DNA of 64,000 nucleotides from Thermoplasmata archaeon (GCA_015063165.1 SUSZ01000002.1:36517-100516), one strand, 5' to 3'. Positions 25,951 to 34,879 are shown, counted from the first letter of the stretch. Notes: a model not told the origin generated them from the letters alone. A program made the numbers and translations.

Positions 25951-28900
25951 TCATCTGAAGAATCTCAGGGACTTCAGCGTCTTGAACGCCTTGTCGATGT
26001 ATCCGTCGGATATTATCGGCCACGAGAATCCCAGCCTGTACAGCGCCTTCACGGTGTAGGAGTCGTCCGCCGGCACGAACCTGCGGGTCTCTCCGGCGTT
26101 TCCGAGGTAGCTTATCAGACCTGAGACGTACTCCCCGTTGGCCTCGTCCTTCATGGCCTCCATGAACCTGCGGTCGAACTCCTTCCTGGAGACGACCTCG
26201 ACGGGCATTCCGTTGTCCCTCATGACCTTCAGGACGTTCGCCATGTGCACCTTGTGGCAGTTGTTGACGTGGAACACGGTGAACTGCTCCGGGGTTCCGG
26301 CGAGGATCACGACCGCTTTGGCGACCATGTCTATCGGCGAGAACTCCACCTCGGTGTCCATGTCGGTCACGGAGAAGAATCCCAGCTTCACATAGGACTT
26401 CATCTGCTTCATGAAGGCGTTGGTGTTGAAGTTGATCTGGAACTCTCCGTCGCTGTCGCGGCTCATAAGGTTCCCGACGCGGATGATCTTCGCCTTCAGG
26501 CCGTCCGGAATGGCTTTTATCATCTCCTCCTCGGCCATGAACTTGGAGTGGGCGTACTTGTTGTCCAGGTTCTGTCCGAAGTCGAGCTCGTTCTCCTTCA
26601 GCTTCCTGTCCTCGGGGATGCTGCCGTTCACGGATTCTCCAGCCACGCTCTCGGTCGAGATCTGGACCAGCATGGAGCCGGTGCTCTCGGCGACCTTGAT
26701 CAGGTTCTGGACCCCTCCGACGTTGACCCTGTCGATGGAGTCGTCGGCCGCGAAGTGCTTGACCACGGCGGCGCAGTTGATGATCGTGTCGAACTCGCAG
26801 CCGTCCAGCTTCTCCAGGAGGTTCTGGTCGGTGATGTCCCCGTCTATGATGGTGACATCCTTCAGGGCGTCCTCGGAAGCCATCCCGCCGAAGTAGTACA
26901 TGAACATCGTCTTGACTCTCTCCTCGGATGTCTGGCCCTTTCCGCTCCTCACCAGGCAGTACACGTGCTTGGCGTTCCTCCTCAGGAGCTCGAACAGGAC
27001 GTGGGCGCCCAGGTATCCGGTCGCTCCGGTCAGGAGTATCCTGCGGGGGCTGTGGGAGCTTATGGAGTCCAGGCTGCTCTCGACGTTGGCCGCCAGGGGG
27101 CTCTCGTCTATGGTGTCCCTCTTCTCCTCCTTGCTGGCTTCCCCGAGCGTGCCGATGAATCTTGCCAGGGCCTCGGGCGAGGGGTTGTCGAAGACGTTCT
27201 TGTAGACTATCGGGAACCCGGAGTTCATACAGTTGAGGACGAGCTTGGACGCGGAGATGGACGTTCCGCCGATCTCGAAGAAGTTGTCGTCGGCGTTGAC
27301 CTTCTTCAGGCCGAGGACGTTCGCGAATATCTCGCAGAGCTTTGTCTCCACCGGGTCCGAAGGCTCCCTTCCGGCCTTCCTGGGCTCGGAGGACGGCTCG
27401 GGAAGCCTCCTCCTGTCCACCTTGCCGTTGACCGTCATCGGGATGGAATCCAGCTGGATGAAGTGTGCGGGGACCATGTACGGGGGCTTGGTGCTCCTGA
27501 TGAAATCTGCGAGTCCGTTGAAGTCAACGGGGGAGTCCGATACCACGTAGGCTGTGATGGACTTCCCTCCAGCGGGGTCGTCGAAGGCCTTCACGGTGGC
27601 GTCTTTTATGCCCTGGTAGCTGCGGACGGCTCCTTCCACCTCCCCGAGCTCGATCCTGAACCCGCGGACCTTGACCATTCCGTCGCGTCTGCCGATGTAG
27701 TCGATGTTGCCGTCGGGAAGCAGGCGGACCACGTCTCCGGTCCTGTACAGGCGGTCGAAGCCGGGTTCGTCCGAGAACGGATTCCTGGTCACCGTCTTGG
27801 CGGTCTTCTCGGGGTTGTTGAGGTATTCCCTGAACACCTGGGGGCTGCTGATGCACAGCTCTCCGCAGCATCCGACCGGGACGATCCTGTCGCTCTTGTC
27901 CAGGACGTACAGCCTCACGTTGGCGTTCGGCTTTCCGATCGGGAGCAGGGGGCTGTCGTCCTTCACTATGAACGTGGTGACGTTCACGGTGCATTCGGTC
28001 GGTCCGTAGATGTTGTAGAAGTCCACCCATTCGGGCGGGTTCAGCGGCACCAGCCTCTCCCCTCCCGCCATGAACTTCTTAAGGGATCTGCACTTGGTGC
28101 TCTCCATGAACATCCTCCCCATCTGGGTGGTCATGAATCCGTGGGTGATTCCGTTGCTGATGAAGTATCTGTCCACCTCGGCCAGGTCCTTGCGCATGTC
28201 CTCGGGGATTATGTGCACGGTTGCACCGGCGGAGAGCGAAGAGTGGAGGTCCATCATGCACGCGTCGAACCCGTAGCTGGCGTAGGAGGCGTATCTGGAC
28301 GTGCTCGTGAGACCCACCTCGGGGATCATCCAGTTCAGGAAGCTGGCTATGTTCCTGTGCTCCAGGACGCATCCCTTGGGGGTCCCGGTGGTTCCGGATG
28401 TGTACAGGATTATGAAGGCGTCCTCGGGGGAAGGCGCCAGGGATGTCACGTCGGGACGCTTGCCGGTGCAGAGCCCGTCGATCTCGTCCGTGTACAGGAC
28501 GTCTCCCTGATACCCGGAGACGAGTCCGCGGAGGGACCTGTCGGCTATCAGCAGCCTGACTCTGGAGTCCTGCATCATGAACAGCAGGCGCTCTTCCGGG
28601 TATGTCGGGTCCAGAGGCTGGTAGGCCGCTCCGGACTTCACGACTCCCTCGGCGGCCACCACCATGTACACCGACCTGGGAACCAGAACGGCGACGTACT
28701 CGTCCTTGCCGATCCCCTTCGAGTGGATGTAGTCTGCTATGTAGTCCGTCTTCTCGTCCAGCTCTCCGTAGGTCAGGCTGTCGTCGAGATGAACCACGGC
28801 CAGGTTGTCAGGGTGCTCCCTGGCGTTCCTCCTGAACATGTCCACCACGGTGACGGACCTGTCGAACGGGACGTCAGTGTCGTTCATCCTGTCCACTGTC

Positions 28901-31900
28901 GCTATGGTCTTGCTGTCGGTCAGGCTGATCTCGCCGAGCGTCGTGCACGTCGGGAATTCGGATATGGCCTTGTCGAACGACCTGGTGAAGAACTCGATGA
29001 ACTCGGAGGTGAACCTGTCCTTGTCGAACTCCACCATGTACGCGAGCTCGTCGCCGTATTTAGCAACCTGGAACAGTATGGGCTCCTTCTCGCTGGACAG
29101 GCTGACCTGGATCGATTCAGACGGCTTCCCGCAGAACCTGTCGAAGCTGAAGCCGTCGCCCTGGTAGACGAACATCACGTCCGCCTTGACCTCCAGCTCG
29201 CGGCTGACCTCGGCGAAGGAGTAGATGTCGTTGGCCATGCTGTCCAGGATCTGGTCGCTTATCTTCTCGGACAGGCGCAGGGGCGACATGGCGTCGTCGG
29301 AGACGTCGCAGAGGACCGGGAGGGTCTTGACGTACATCGAGACCGAATCCATCGTCCTGGAGTCGCTCCTTCCGTTGTAGATCGTGGTGAATATCGAGTG
29401 CTCGCTGCCGTTGTACTTCGCGAGGACGTAGCCGAAAGCGGCGCACATCAGGCCGTTCATGGTGATCCCGGCTCTCTCGCAGCGCTCGGAAAGCTTCCTC
29501 CCTAGCGAGCCATCGCTCCTCATCAGGAACGTGCTCTCGGCGTTCTGGTCGGGGCGATATCTGTCGCCTTTGGGGAGGGAGTCCCTGTCGTAGCCGGCCA
29601 GGAGTTCGTCGTAGTACTTCTTGGCGCCAGCCAGGGCCTCCGGGGTTCTCTCGTCGGCCTCCTTGAGGGAGGTCTCGAACCCGCTGAACCTCTCGGCCTC
29701 GGGCTTCTCCCCGGCGTATGCCTTGGAGATGTCGTCCGTCAGGACCTTCATGGAGGTTCCGTCGCTGATCATATGGTGCATCTCCAGGAACAGGTACTCC
29801 TTGTCGGCGTGGATGAGCTTGATGCGGAACAGCCTCGATCCCATGAGCCGGAACGGCTTGGCCAGCGTGGGCATCAGGGAGTCGATGGAATCGGCTGTGA
29901 TCTCCTCGATCTCGTCCGCGGAGAACGTCGGGAGGCCCTTCCTGATCAGGCGGATGTCGCCCTTGTCGTTCATGGCCAGCGTGGTCATCATGAACGGGTG
30001 GGCGTTTACCGCCTCGGCGATGGCGGACTTCAGCCTGTCCTTGTCGATGGAGCTGTCGTAGCTGATCAGCAGAGGGATGTTGTACGTGGTGCTGTCCGGC
30101 CTGGCCATGCACTCCACGAAAACGCCTTCCTGGGATTTGGTGAGCGGATAGTCGTCCTGGACCTCGTACGTCTTGGCCGGGACGGAGCTCTCTATCAGCC
30201 TCTCCAGCTTCTCGATGGTGCTGTTGTCCTTGACGTCCTTGGACTTGAACGGGATCCCGAACTCGTCCGAAAGTAGCACGTTGAAGCGGATGCTCCCTAT
30301 AGAAGTGAGCCCGGCCTGGAAAAGGTCCGTCTCTATTCCGAACCTGTCGGTTCTCAGCACCTCGGACGCTATCCTGAATATGCGCTTCTGGATGTCGGTC
30401 TTCGGAGGCGTCGCCTTGCCGAAGTCCATCGTCGGGACTGGGAGCTTTCTCTTGTCGACCTTGCTGTTCACGTTGAGCGGGATGCTGTCCAGCTGCATCG
30501 TCACGGCCGGGACCATGTAAGGAGGCTTGGTCTGGAGGATGAAGCTCTCCAGAGCCTTGATGTCGACCTTTCCATCGGATACGACGTATGCGGCGATCTG
30601 CTTCCCTCCGGCGGGGGCGTCGAACGCCTGGACTGTGGCGTCCTTGATCCCCTTGAACGCGCGGATGGCCCTTTCCACCTCTGTGAGCTCTATCCTGAAT
30701 CCGCGGACCTTGACCATTCCGTCGCGGCGGCCGATGTAGTCGACGTTGCCGTCCGGGAGGAGACGAACGATGTCGCCGGTCTTGTACATCAGGTCATGGT
30801 CTGGACTGTCGGAGTAGGGGTTGTCCACAAGCACCGAAGCGGTCTTGTCGGGGTTGTTCAGGTACCCTCTGAACACCTGCGGCCCGCTTATGCAGAGCTC
30901 TCCGCATGCTCCTGTTGGGACGATCCTGCGGTCCTTGTCCAGCACGTAGACCCTCACGTTGGTGTTCGGCTCCCCTATCGGCAGGAGGGGGCTGTCGTCC
31001 TTCACAAGGAACGATGTGACGCTGACGGTGGTCTCCGTAGGTCCGTACAGGTTGTGGAATTCGAGCCAGTCGGGCGGGGTTATCGGCACCAGGGCCTCTC
31101 CGCCCGTGGAGAAGTGCTTCAGAGATCTGCATTTGGTGCCCTCGATGAACATCCTTCCCATCTGGGTGGTCATGAAGCTGTGCGTCACCTTGTTGTCGAT
31201 AAAGAATTGGTCCATCGCGGCCAGGTCGCTGCGGATCTCGTTGGGTATCACCGCGATGCAGGCTCCGTATGCCAGGGTGACCATCATGTCCATCATGCAG
31301 GCGTCGAAGCCGAAGCTGGCATAGGTGGCGTATCTGGAGCCGGGACCCAGGCCGATCTTCTTGCCGTACCAGTCCGCGAAGGCAGCCATGTTCCTGTTCT
31401 CTATCACGCAGCCTTTTGGCGTCCCGGTGGTTCCAGACGTGTACAGGATGGCGAACGCGTCCTCGGGCGAGGGGGACAGAGGCTTTGCATCCGGAGCGTC
31501 TCCTGCGAACAGACTGTCGAACTCGTCCGTGTACAGGATCTCGCATTCGTGCCCGCTCACCAGCCTCGCCAGCGACCTGTCCGCGATCAGCAGCTTCACG
31601 CCGGAGTCCTGCATCATGAACAGCAGGCGCTCCTCCGGGTACGTCGGGTCCAGAGGCTGGTAGGCCGCTCCGGACTTCACGACTCCCATCGCGGCTATCA
31701 CCATGGTCGCGGACCTGGGGACGAGGACGGAGACGAACTGCTCCTTCCCGATCCCCTTCGATGAGATGTACGATGCGATATGGTCGGTTATCCTGTCCAG
31801 CTCCCCGTAGGAGATCATAGCGTTATCGAACAGGACGGCGTCGGCATCGGGATCATCTTTCGCTCTGGCTCTGAACAAATCGACTATAGTCCTACTCCTG

Positions 31901-34875
31901 TCGTATTCGGAATCGGTCGAGTTAACCTTCTTGACAAGGTCCAGATCATCCTCTCCAGCAACCGTGACATCCCTGAGGGTGGGCGCCTCGAGGAACCCTT
32001 CCGCGCACCTCTCCAAGGTGGACAGGAAGCTCTCCATCATCTCCTTCGAATACACAGATGCGTCATATTCGATGTCCATCAGGAACCCGTCCTTCATCGG
32101 GTATACCTGCACAGTCAGGGGGTTCTTCACGTCCTTTATCTCCATCTGTGAGTCCAGGACGCTCTCGTCCTCCAGTATCCCCTGGTAGGCGAACAGCACG
32201 TCCGATGTGACTCCCATCCTGGAGCTGATCTCCGAGAACGGGAAGATGTCGTTCTGCATCGAAGCTATCAGCTGGTCTCCGGTGCGTCTGACCAGGGCCC
32301 CTGGGCTCTCGTCCAGGTCGAACCTGAATACGACAGGGAGGGTCTTGACCAGCATACCTACGAGGTGGGCGGTCTTCCCGCCCTTCCTTCCGGTGTACAC
32401 GGTGGCATGGCAGGCGTTGTCTGTGCAGTTGAATCTGGACAGCGCGTATCCCATAGCCGATTGGAAGAATGCGTTCTCCGTGGTTCCGGCGGATTCCACG
32501 AACGCCTTGATCTTTTCAGGAGGGACGTCAAGCTTCGACCTCAGGTGGCCTTTGATCCTCTTCTCTCCGTAGACGTCCCTCTGGATGAGCGAGGTACCGT
32601 CCACGTCCGAGAGGAGCTCGTAGTAGTACTTCTCGGCACGACTATAGTCTCCCGAGCTCATGCGTCCTGTCTCCTCCTCGGAGAGGTCGAACATGGTGAA
32701 CGTCTCTGCTACTGGCTCTCCGCCGCCGAGCGCCGTTCCCAGATCGTTCATCAGGACCAGGCTGGAGGAGCCGTCGAACATTATGTGGCTGAAGTCCAGC
32801 AGCAGGGTCTCCGCGTCCCCGGTGTCAAAGACGACTATCCTGTACAGCTCCTTCGACATGTCGAACGGCTTCACGAAGGATTCGCGGTACGCCTCCAGGT
32901 CGGCTTCGGAGCCTTCCATGCGCTCTATCCTGACTTCCGCGTCCGGATGCGGCACCATGCACATCTCTCCCTTGGTGTCGGGTTCGATGGTGCATTTCAG
33001 TCCAGGGTGGGCCTCGATGACCTTTCTCACTATAGTCTCCAAGCTCTTTCCGGAAAGCCGGTCCTTCTCGAACCTGGCCTGCATCGGGAGGTTGTACATC
33101 ACGGTCTCGGGGTCGCTGTAGCACGCCTGGTACACCCCCATCTGCGACCTCGTGAGCAGGTACCTGTCCTTGAGGGCCTTCTTCTCGATCGGAGCCGAGG
33201 TGGCCTTCTCCACGAGCTTGGAGATTATCTCGTCGGATACGGAGGCTATCGAGCATCCGCTAAGCATGCCGGCCACGTCAAGGTCCACTCCGAACCTTCC
33301 CATGACCTCCGATGTGAACTTGATCGCGGTGAGGGAGCTGAGTCCGCAGTACACGAGATTCTCGTCGTAGCGGAAGTCGTCCCTTTCGGTGAGGCTCTTC
33401 AGAATCTCCCTCACGCCTTTGGTGACCGCGTTCTCCTCGAAGTCCGTGGGTCCGGCTGTGACGGCGGAGCCGCTTCCGGGCTCGGTGGGGTCCGGGAGGG
33501 ATTTCCGGTCGATCTTTCCGCTGGGGTTCAGCGGGAGCCTGTCCATGCGGACGAGATAGGCTGGAACCATGTATCCAGGCAGCTTGCTCTTGAGGTAGTC
33601 GCGTACGGCCTCCACGGGGATGTCCGTCGCCGCGGCGTAGTACGCGCACAGGAAGGTCTGGTCGTCGGTGCCCTTGAAGTCCTTGACCGCGGCCTGGACG
33701 ATCCCGGGAAGGGTCATCATCACTCCGGAGATCTCTCCGGGCTCCACGCGCTGGCCGTTTATGTTCACCATCCAGTCGTTGCGCTCCATGTACAGCAGGT
33801 TCCCGTCCTCGAGGCGTCTTCCGATGTCCCCGGTGCGGACCATCGTGTCGTGTCCGTCGCGGTCCTTGAACGGGTTGGGGACGAACGCCTTGGCGGTGGC
33901 TTCGGGAAGGTTGAGGTATCCGTCGGAGAAGTGCCCTGTGAAGCAGATCTCGCCCTCCTCAGCCTCGTTCCCGTTCTCGTCCAGGATGTAGGCGCATACT
34001 CCCTTCAGCGGCTTTCCCAGAGGGGTCTTGTCGTACGCCTTGTCGAGGAAGAATCCGGTGACCATGCTGCAGGTCTCGGACGATCCGTAGCCGTTCACGA
34101 TGGTGAAGTCGTCGGACCATACCTTCACGGCGCGCTCGCCGCCTATGAGGACCAGACGGAGCGTCTTCCTTTTCTGGCGGTAGTATGGGAGCATGGCCGG
34201 CGCTATGAATGTCAATGTGATCTCGTTGTCGGAGTTGAATTCGGAGAGCTTGTTGAGATTTATGCGGATGTCGGCCGGGACGATGTAGTCAGGGCATCCC
34301 AGAGCCAGGAGATTGATGTTGATGGTGGTTCCGACCACGAACGTGAACGCAGCAGGGTTGGCGAATCTGTCGTTCTCTTGGATTTTGAAGAGGTCGTCGA
34401 TCCTGTCCACATAGGAAGATATGGACAGATGCGAATGCACCACCCCTTTGGGCCTGCCGGTGGAGCCGGACGTGTAGATTATGAACGCTATGTTCTTCGG
34501 CGACGGCGTCACGGGGTCGCAGTCCAGCGTCTCGGCCCCGATCCTCTCCAGGTATTCGGGGGTCACGCGGATCTTTGCCTTGCAATCCTCGGCGATGTAC
34601 GCCTTCCTGTCCTCCGGATAGGAGCTGTCGGAAGGGACGAAGAACCCTCCCAGCATCCATGCGCCCAGCATGAATCCCATGTACTCCTTGCATCTGGGGA
34701 GCTCTATCACCACGCCGTCCCCTCTGCAGAATCCGTCCTTCTTCAAGGTCGCCGCCACGCGGTACGAGTAGCTGCGCAGCTCTTCGTACGTGAACGAGCC
34801 CTTGTCGGTCCAGACGGCGGTCTTGTTCGGAGTGGATTCTGCATTGTCCAAAATCATCTCGAGTATGTTCCGCAT
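25951..34875 (-). CDS. nonribosomal peptide synthetase, three modules, A-T-C-A-T-C-A-T-R
   Basis: 2974 aa. Three AMP-binding domains (YTSGSTGRPKG / YTSGTTGTPKG twice; YGPTE; TGD; GK(I/V)D(R/K)). Three carrier domains (CGLSSL, AGLTSI, GGTSIS). Two condensation domains (SHIMFDG, HHMISDG). A C-terminal thioester reductase (TGATGYLG, YAHSK). Confidence 0.97.
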   Translation of the reverse strand: MRNILEMILDNAESTPNKTAVWTDKGSFTYEELRSYSYRVAATLKKDGFCRGDGVVIELPRCKEYMGFMLGAWMLGGFFVPSDSSYPEDRKAYIAEDCKAKIRVTPEYLERIGAETLDCDPVTPSPKNIAFIIYTSGSTGRPKGVVHSHLSISSYVDRIDDLFKIQENDRFANPAAFTFVVGTTININLLALGCPDYIVPADIRINLNKLSEFNSDNEITLTFIAPAMLPYYRQKRKTLRLVLIGGERAVKVWSDDFTIVNGYGSSETCSMVTGFFLDKAYDKTPLGKPLKGVCAYILDENGNEAEEGEICFTGHFSDGYLNLPEATAKAFVPNPFKDRDGHDTMVRTGDIGRRLEDGNLLYMERNDWMVNINGQRVEPGEISGVMMTLPGIVQAAVKDFKGTDDQTFLCAYYAAATDIPVEAVRDYLKSKLPGYMVPAYLVRMDRLPLNPSGKIDRKSLPDPTEPGSGSAVTAGPTDFEENAVTKGVREILKSLTERDDFRYDENLVYCGLSSLTAIKFTSEVMGRFGVDLDVAGMLSGCSIASVSDEIISKLVEKATSAPIEKKALKDRYLLTRSQMGVYQACYSDPETVMYNLPMQARFEKDRLSGKSLETIVRKVIEAHPGLKCTIEPDTKGEMCMVPHPDAEVRIERMEGSEADLEAYRESFVKPFDMSKELYRIVVFDTGDAETLLLDFSHIMFDGSSSLVLMNDLGTALGGGEPVAETFTMFDLSEEETGRMSSGDYSRAEKYYYELLSDVDGTSLIQRDVYGEKRIKGHLRSKLDVPPEKIKAFVESAGTTENAFFQSAMGYALSRFNCTDNACHATVYTGRKGGKTAHLVGMLVKTLPVVFRFDLDESPGALVRRTGDQLIASMQNDIFPFSEISSRMGVTSDVLFAYQGILEDESVLDSQMEIKDVKNPLTVQVYPMKDGFLMDIEYDASVYSKEMMESFLSTLERCAEGFLEAPTLRDVTVAGEDDLDLVKKVNSTDSEYDRSRTIVDLFRARAKDDPDADAVLFDNAMISYGELDRITDHIASYISSKGIGKEQFVSVLVPRSATMVIAAMGVVKSGAAYQPLDPTYPEERLLFMMQDSGVKLLIADRSLARLVSGHECEILYTDEFDSLFAGDAPDAKPLSPSPEDAFAILYTSGTTGTPKGCVIENRNMAAFADWYGKKIGLGPGSRYATYASFGFDACMMDMMVTLAYGACIAVIPNEIRSDLAAMDQFFIDNKVTHSFMTTQMGRMFIEGTKCRSLKHFSTGGEALVPITPPDWLEFHNLYGPTETTVSVTSFLVKDDSPLLPIGEPNTNVRVYVLDKDRRIVPTGACGELCISGPQVFRGYLNNPDKTASVLVDNPYSDSPDHDLMYKTGDIVRLLPDGNVDYIGRRDGMVKVRGFRIELTEVERAIRAFKGIKDATVQAFDAPAGGKQIAAYVVSDGKVDIKALESFILQTKPPYMVPAVTMQLDSIPLNVNSKVDKRKLPVPTMDFGKATPPKTDIQKRIFRIASEVLRTDRFGIETDLFQAGLTSIGSIRFNVLLSDEFGIPFKSKDVKDNSTIEKLERLIESSVPAKTYEVQDDYPLTKSQEGVFVECMARPDSTTYNIPLLISYDSSIDKDRLKSAIAEAVNAHPFMMTTLAMNDKGDIRLIRKGLPTFSADEIEEITADSIDSLMPTLAKPFRLMGSRLFRIKLIHADKEYLFLEMHHMISDGTSMKVLTDDISKAYAGEKPEAERFSGFETSLKEADERTPEALAGAKKYYDELLAGYDRDSLPKGDRYRPDQNAESTFLMRSDGSLGRKLSERCERAGITMNGLMCAAFGYVLAKYNGSEHSIFTTIYNGRSDSRTMDSVSMYVKTLPVLCDVSDDAMSPLRLSEKISDQILDSMANDIYSFAEVSRELEVKADVMFVYQGDGFSFDRFCGKPSESIQVSLSSEKEPILFQVAKYGDELAYMVEFDKDRFTSEFIEFFTRSFDKAISEFPTCTTLGEISLTDSKTIATVDRMNDTDVPFDRSVTVVDMFRRNAREHPDNLAVVHLDDSLTYGELDEKTDYIADYIHSKGIGKDEYVAVLVPRSVYMVVAAEGVVKSGAAYQPLDPTYPEERLLFMMQDSRVRLLIADRSLRGLVSGYQGDVLYTDEIDGLCTGKRPDVTSLAPSPEDAFIILYTSGTTGTPKGCVLEHRNIASFLNWMIPEVGLTSTSRYASYASYGFDACMMDLHSSLSAGATVHIIPEDMRKDLAEVDRYFISNGITHGFMTTQMGRMFMESTKCRSLKKFMAGGERLVPLNPPEWVDFYNIYGPTECTVNVTTFIVKDDSPLLPIGKPNANVRLYVLDKSDRIVPVGCCGELCISSPQVFREYLNNPEKTAKTVTRNPFSDEPGFDRLYRTGDVVRLLPDGNIDYIGRRDGMVKVRGFRIELGEVEGAVRSYQGIKDATVKAFDDPAGGKSITAYVVSDSPVDFNGLADFIRSTKPPYMVPAHFIQLDSIPMTVNGKVDRRRLPEPSSEPRKAGREPSDPVETKLCEIFANVLGLKKVNADDNFFEIGGTSISASKLVLNCMNSGFPIVYKNVFDNPSPEALARFIGTLGEASKEEKRDTIDESPLAANVESSLDSISSHSPRRILLTGATGYLGAHVLFELLRRNAKHVYCLVRSGKGQTSEERVKTMFMYYFGGMASEDALKDVTIIDGDITDQNLLEKLDGCEFDTIINCAAVVKHFAADDSIDRVNVGGVQNLIKVAESTGSMLVQISTESVAGESVNGSIPEDRKLKENELDFGQNLDNKYAHSKFMAEEEMIKAIPDGLKAKIIRVGNLMSRDSDGEFQINFNTNAFMKQMKSYVKLGFFSVTDMDTEVEFSPIDMVAKAVVILAGTPEQFTVFHVNNCHKVHMANVLKVMRDNGMPVEVVSRKEFDRRFMEAMKDEANGEYVSGLISYLGNAGETRRFVPADDSYTVKALYRLGFSWPIISDGYIDKAFKTLKSLRFFR
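25954..27054 (-). other. NRPS terminal thioester reductase (R/TD) domain
   Basis: aa ~2608-2974. Rossmann motif LLTGATGYLG (2614-2623), SDR catalytic YAHSK (2774-2778). No thioesterase domain is present. Confidence 0.85.
27151..27363 (-). other. NRPS carrier domain 3
   Basis: aa ~2505-2575. FFEIGGTSISASKL, predicted Ppant serine aa 2539. Confidence 0.8.
27397..28869 (-). other. NRPS adenylation domain A3
   Basis: aa ~2003-2493. LYTSGTTGTPKGC, YGFDACMMD, YGPTECT, YRTGD, NGKVDRRR. Confidence 0.8.
28564..28648. repeat. intragenic near-identical tract (module 3 copy)
   Basis: 85 nt, 83/85 identical to 31603-31687 (offset 3039 nt, equal to 1013 codons). Encodes GVVKSGAAYQPLDPTYPEERLLFMMQDS in both modules. 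Confidence 0.9.
28891..30168 (-). other. NRPS condensation domain C2
   Basis: aa ~1570-1995. LTKSQEGVF, canonical HHMISDG (aa 1700-1706). Confidence 0.8.
30181..30402 (-). other. NRPS carrier domain 2
   Basis: aa ~1492-1565. LFQAGLTSIGSIRF, predicted Ppant serine S525 of that block (aa 1525). Confidence 0.75.
30430..31908 (-). other. NRPS adenylation domain A2
   Basis: aa ~990-1482. LYTSGTTGTPKGC, FGFDACMMD (Asp1191 present), YGPTETT, YKTGD, NSKVDKRK. Confidence 0.8.
31603..31687. repeat. intragenic near-identical tract (module 2 copy)
   Basis: Partner of 28564-28648. Confidence 0.9.
31921..33183 (-). other. NRPS condensation domain C1
   Basis: aa ~565-985. LTRSQMGVY start, active-site variant SHIMFDG (aa 696-702). 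Confidence 0.75.
33211..33444 (-). other. NRPS carrier (T/PCP) domain 1
   Basis: aa ~478-555. LVYCGLSSLTAIKF, predicted Ppant serine S514. Confidence 0.75.
33490..34875 (-). other. NRPS adenylation domain A1 (loading module; boundaries approximate)
   Basis: aa 1-462. Motifs FIIYTSGSTGRPKGV, NGYGSSETC, VRTGDIG, PSGKIDRK. The residue 37 positions after the A3 lysine is Val180, not Asp. Confidence 0.8.
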
Positions 34876-34879
34876 ATGC

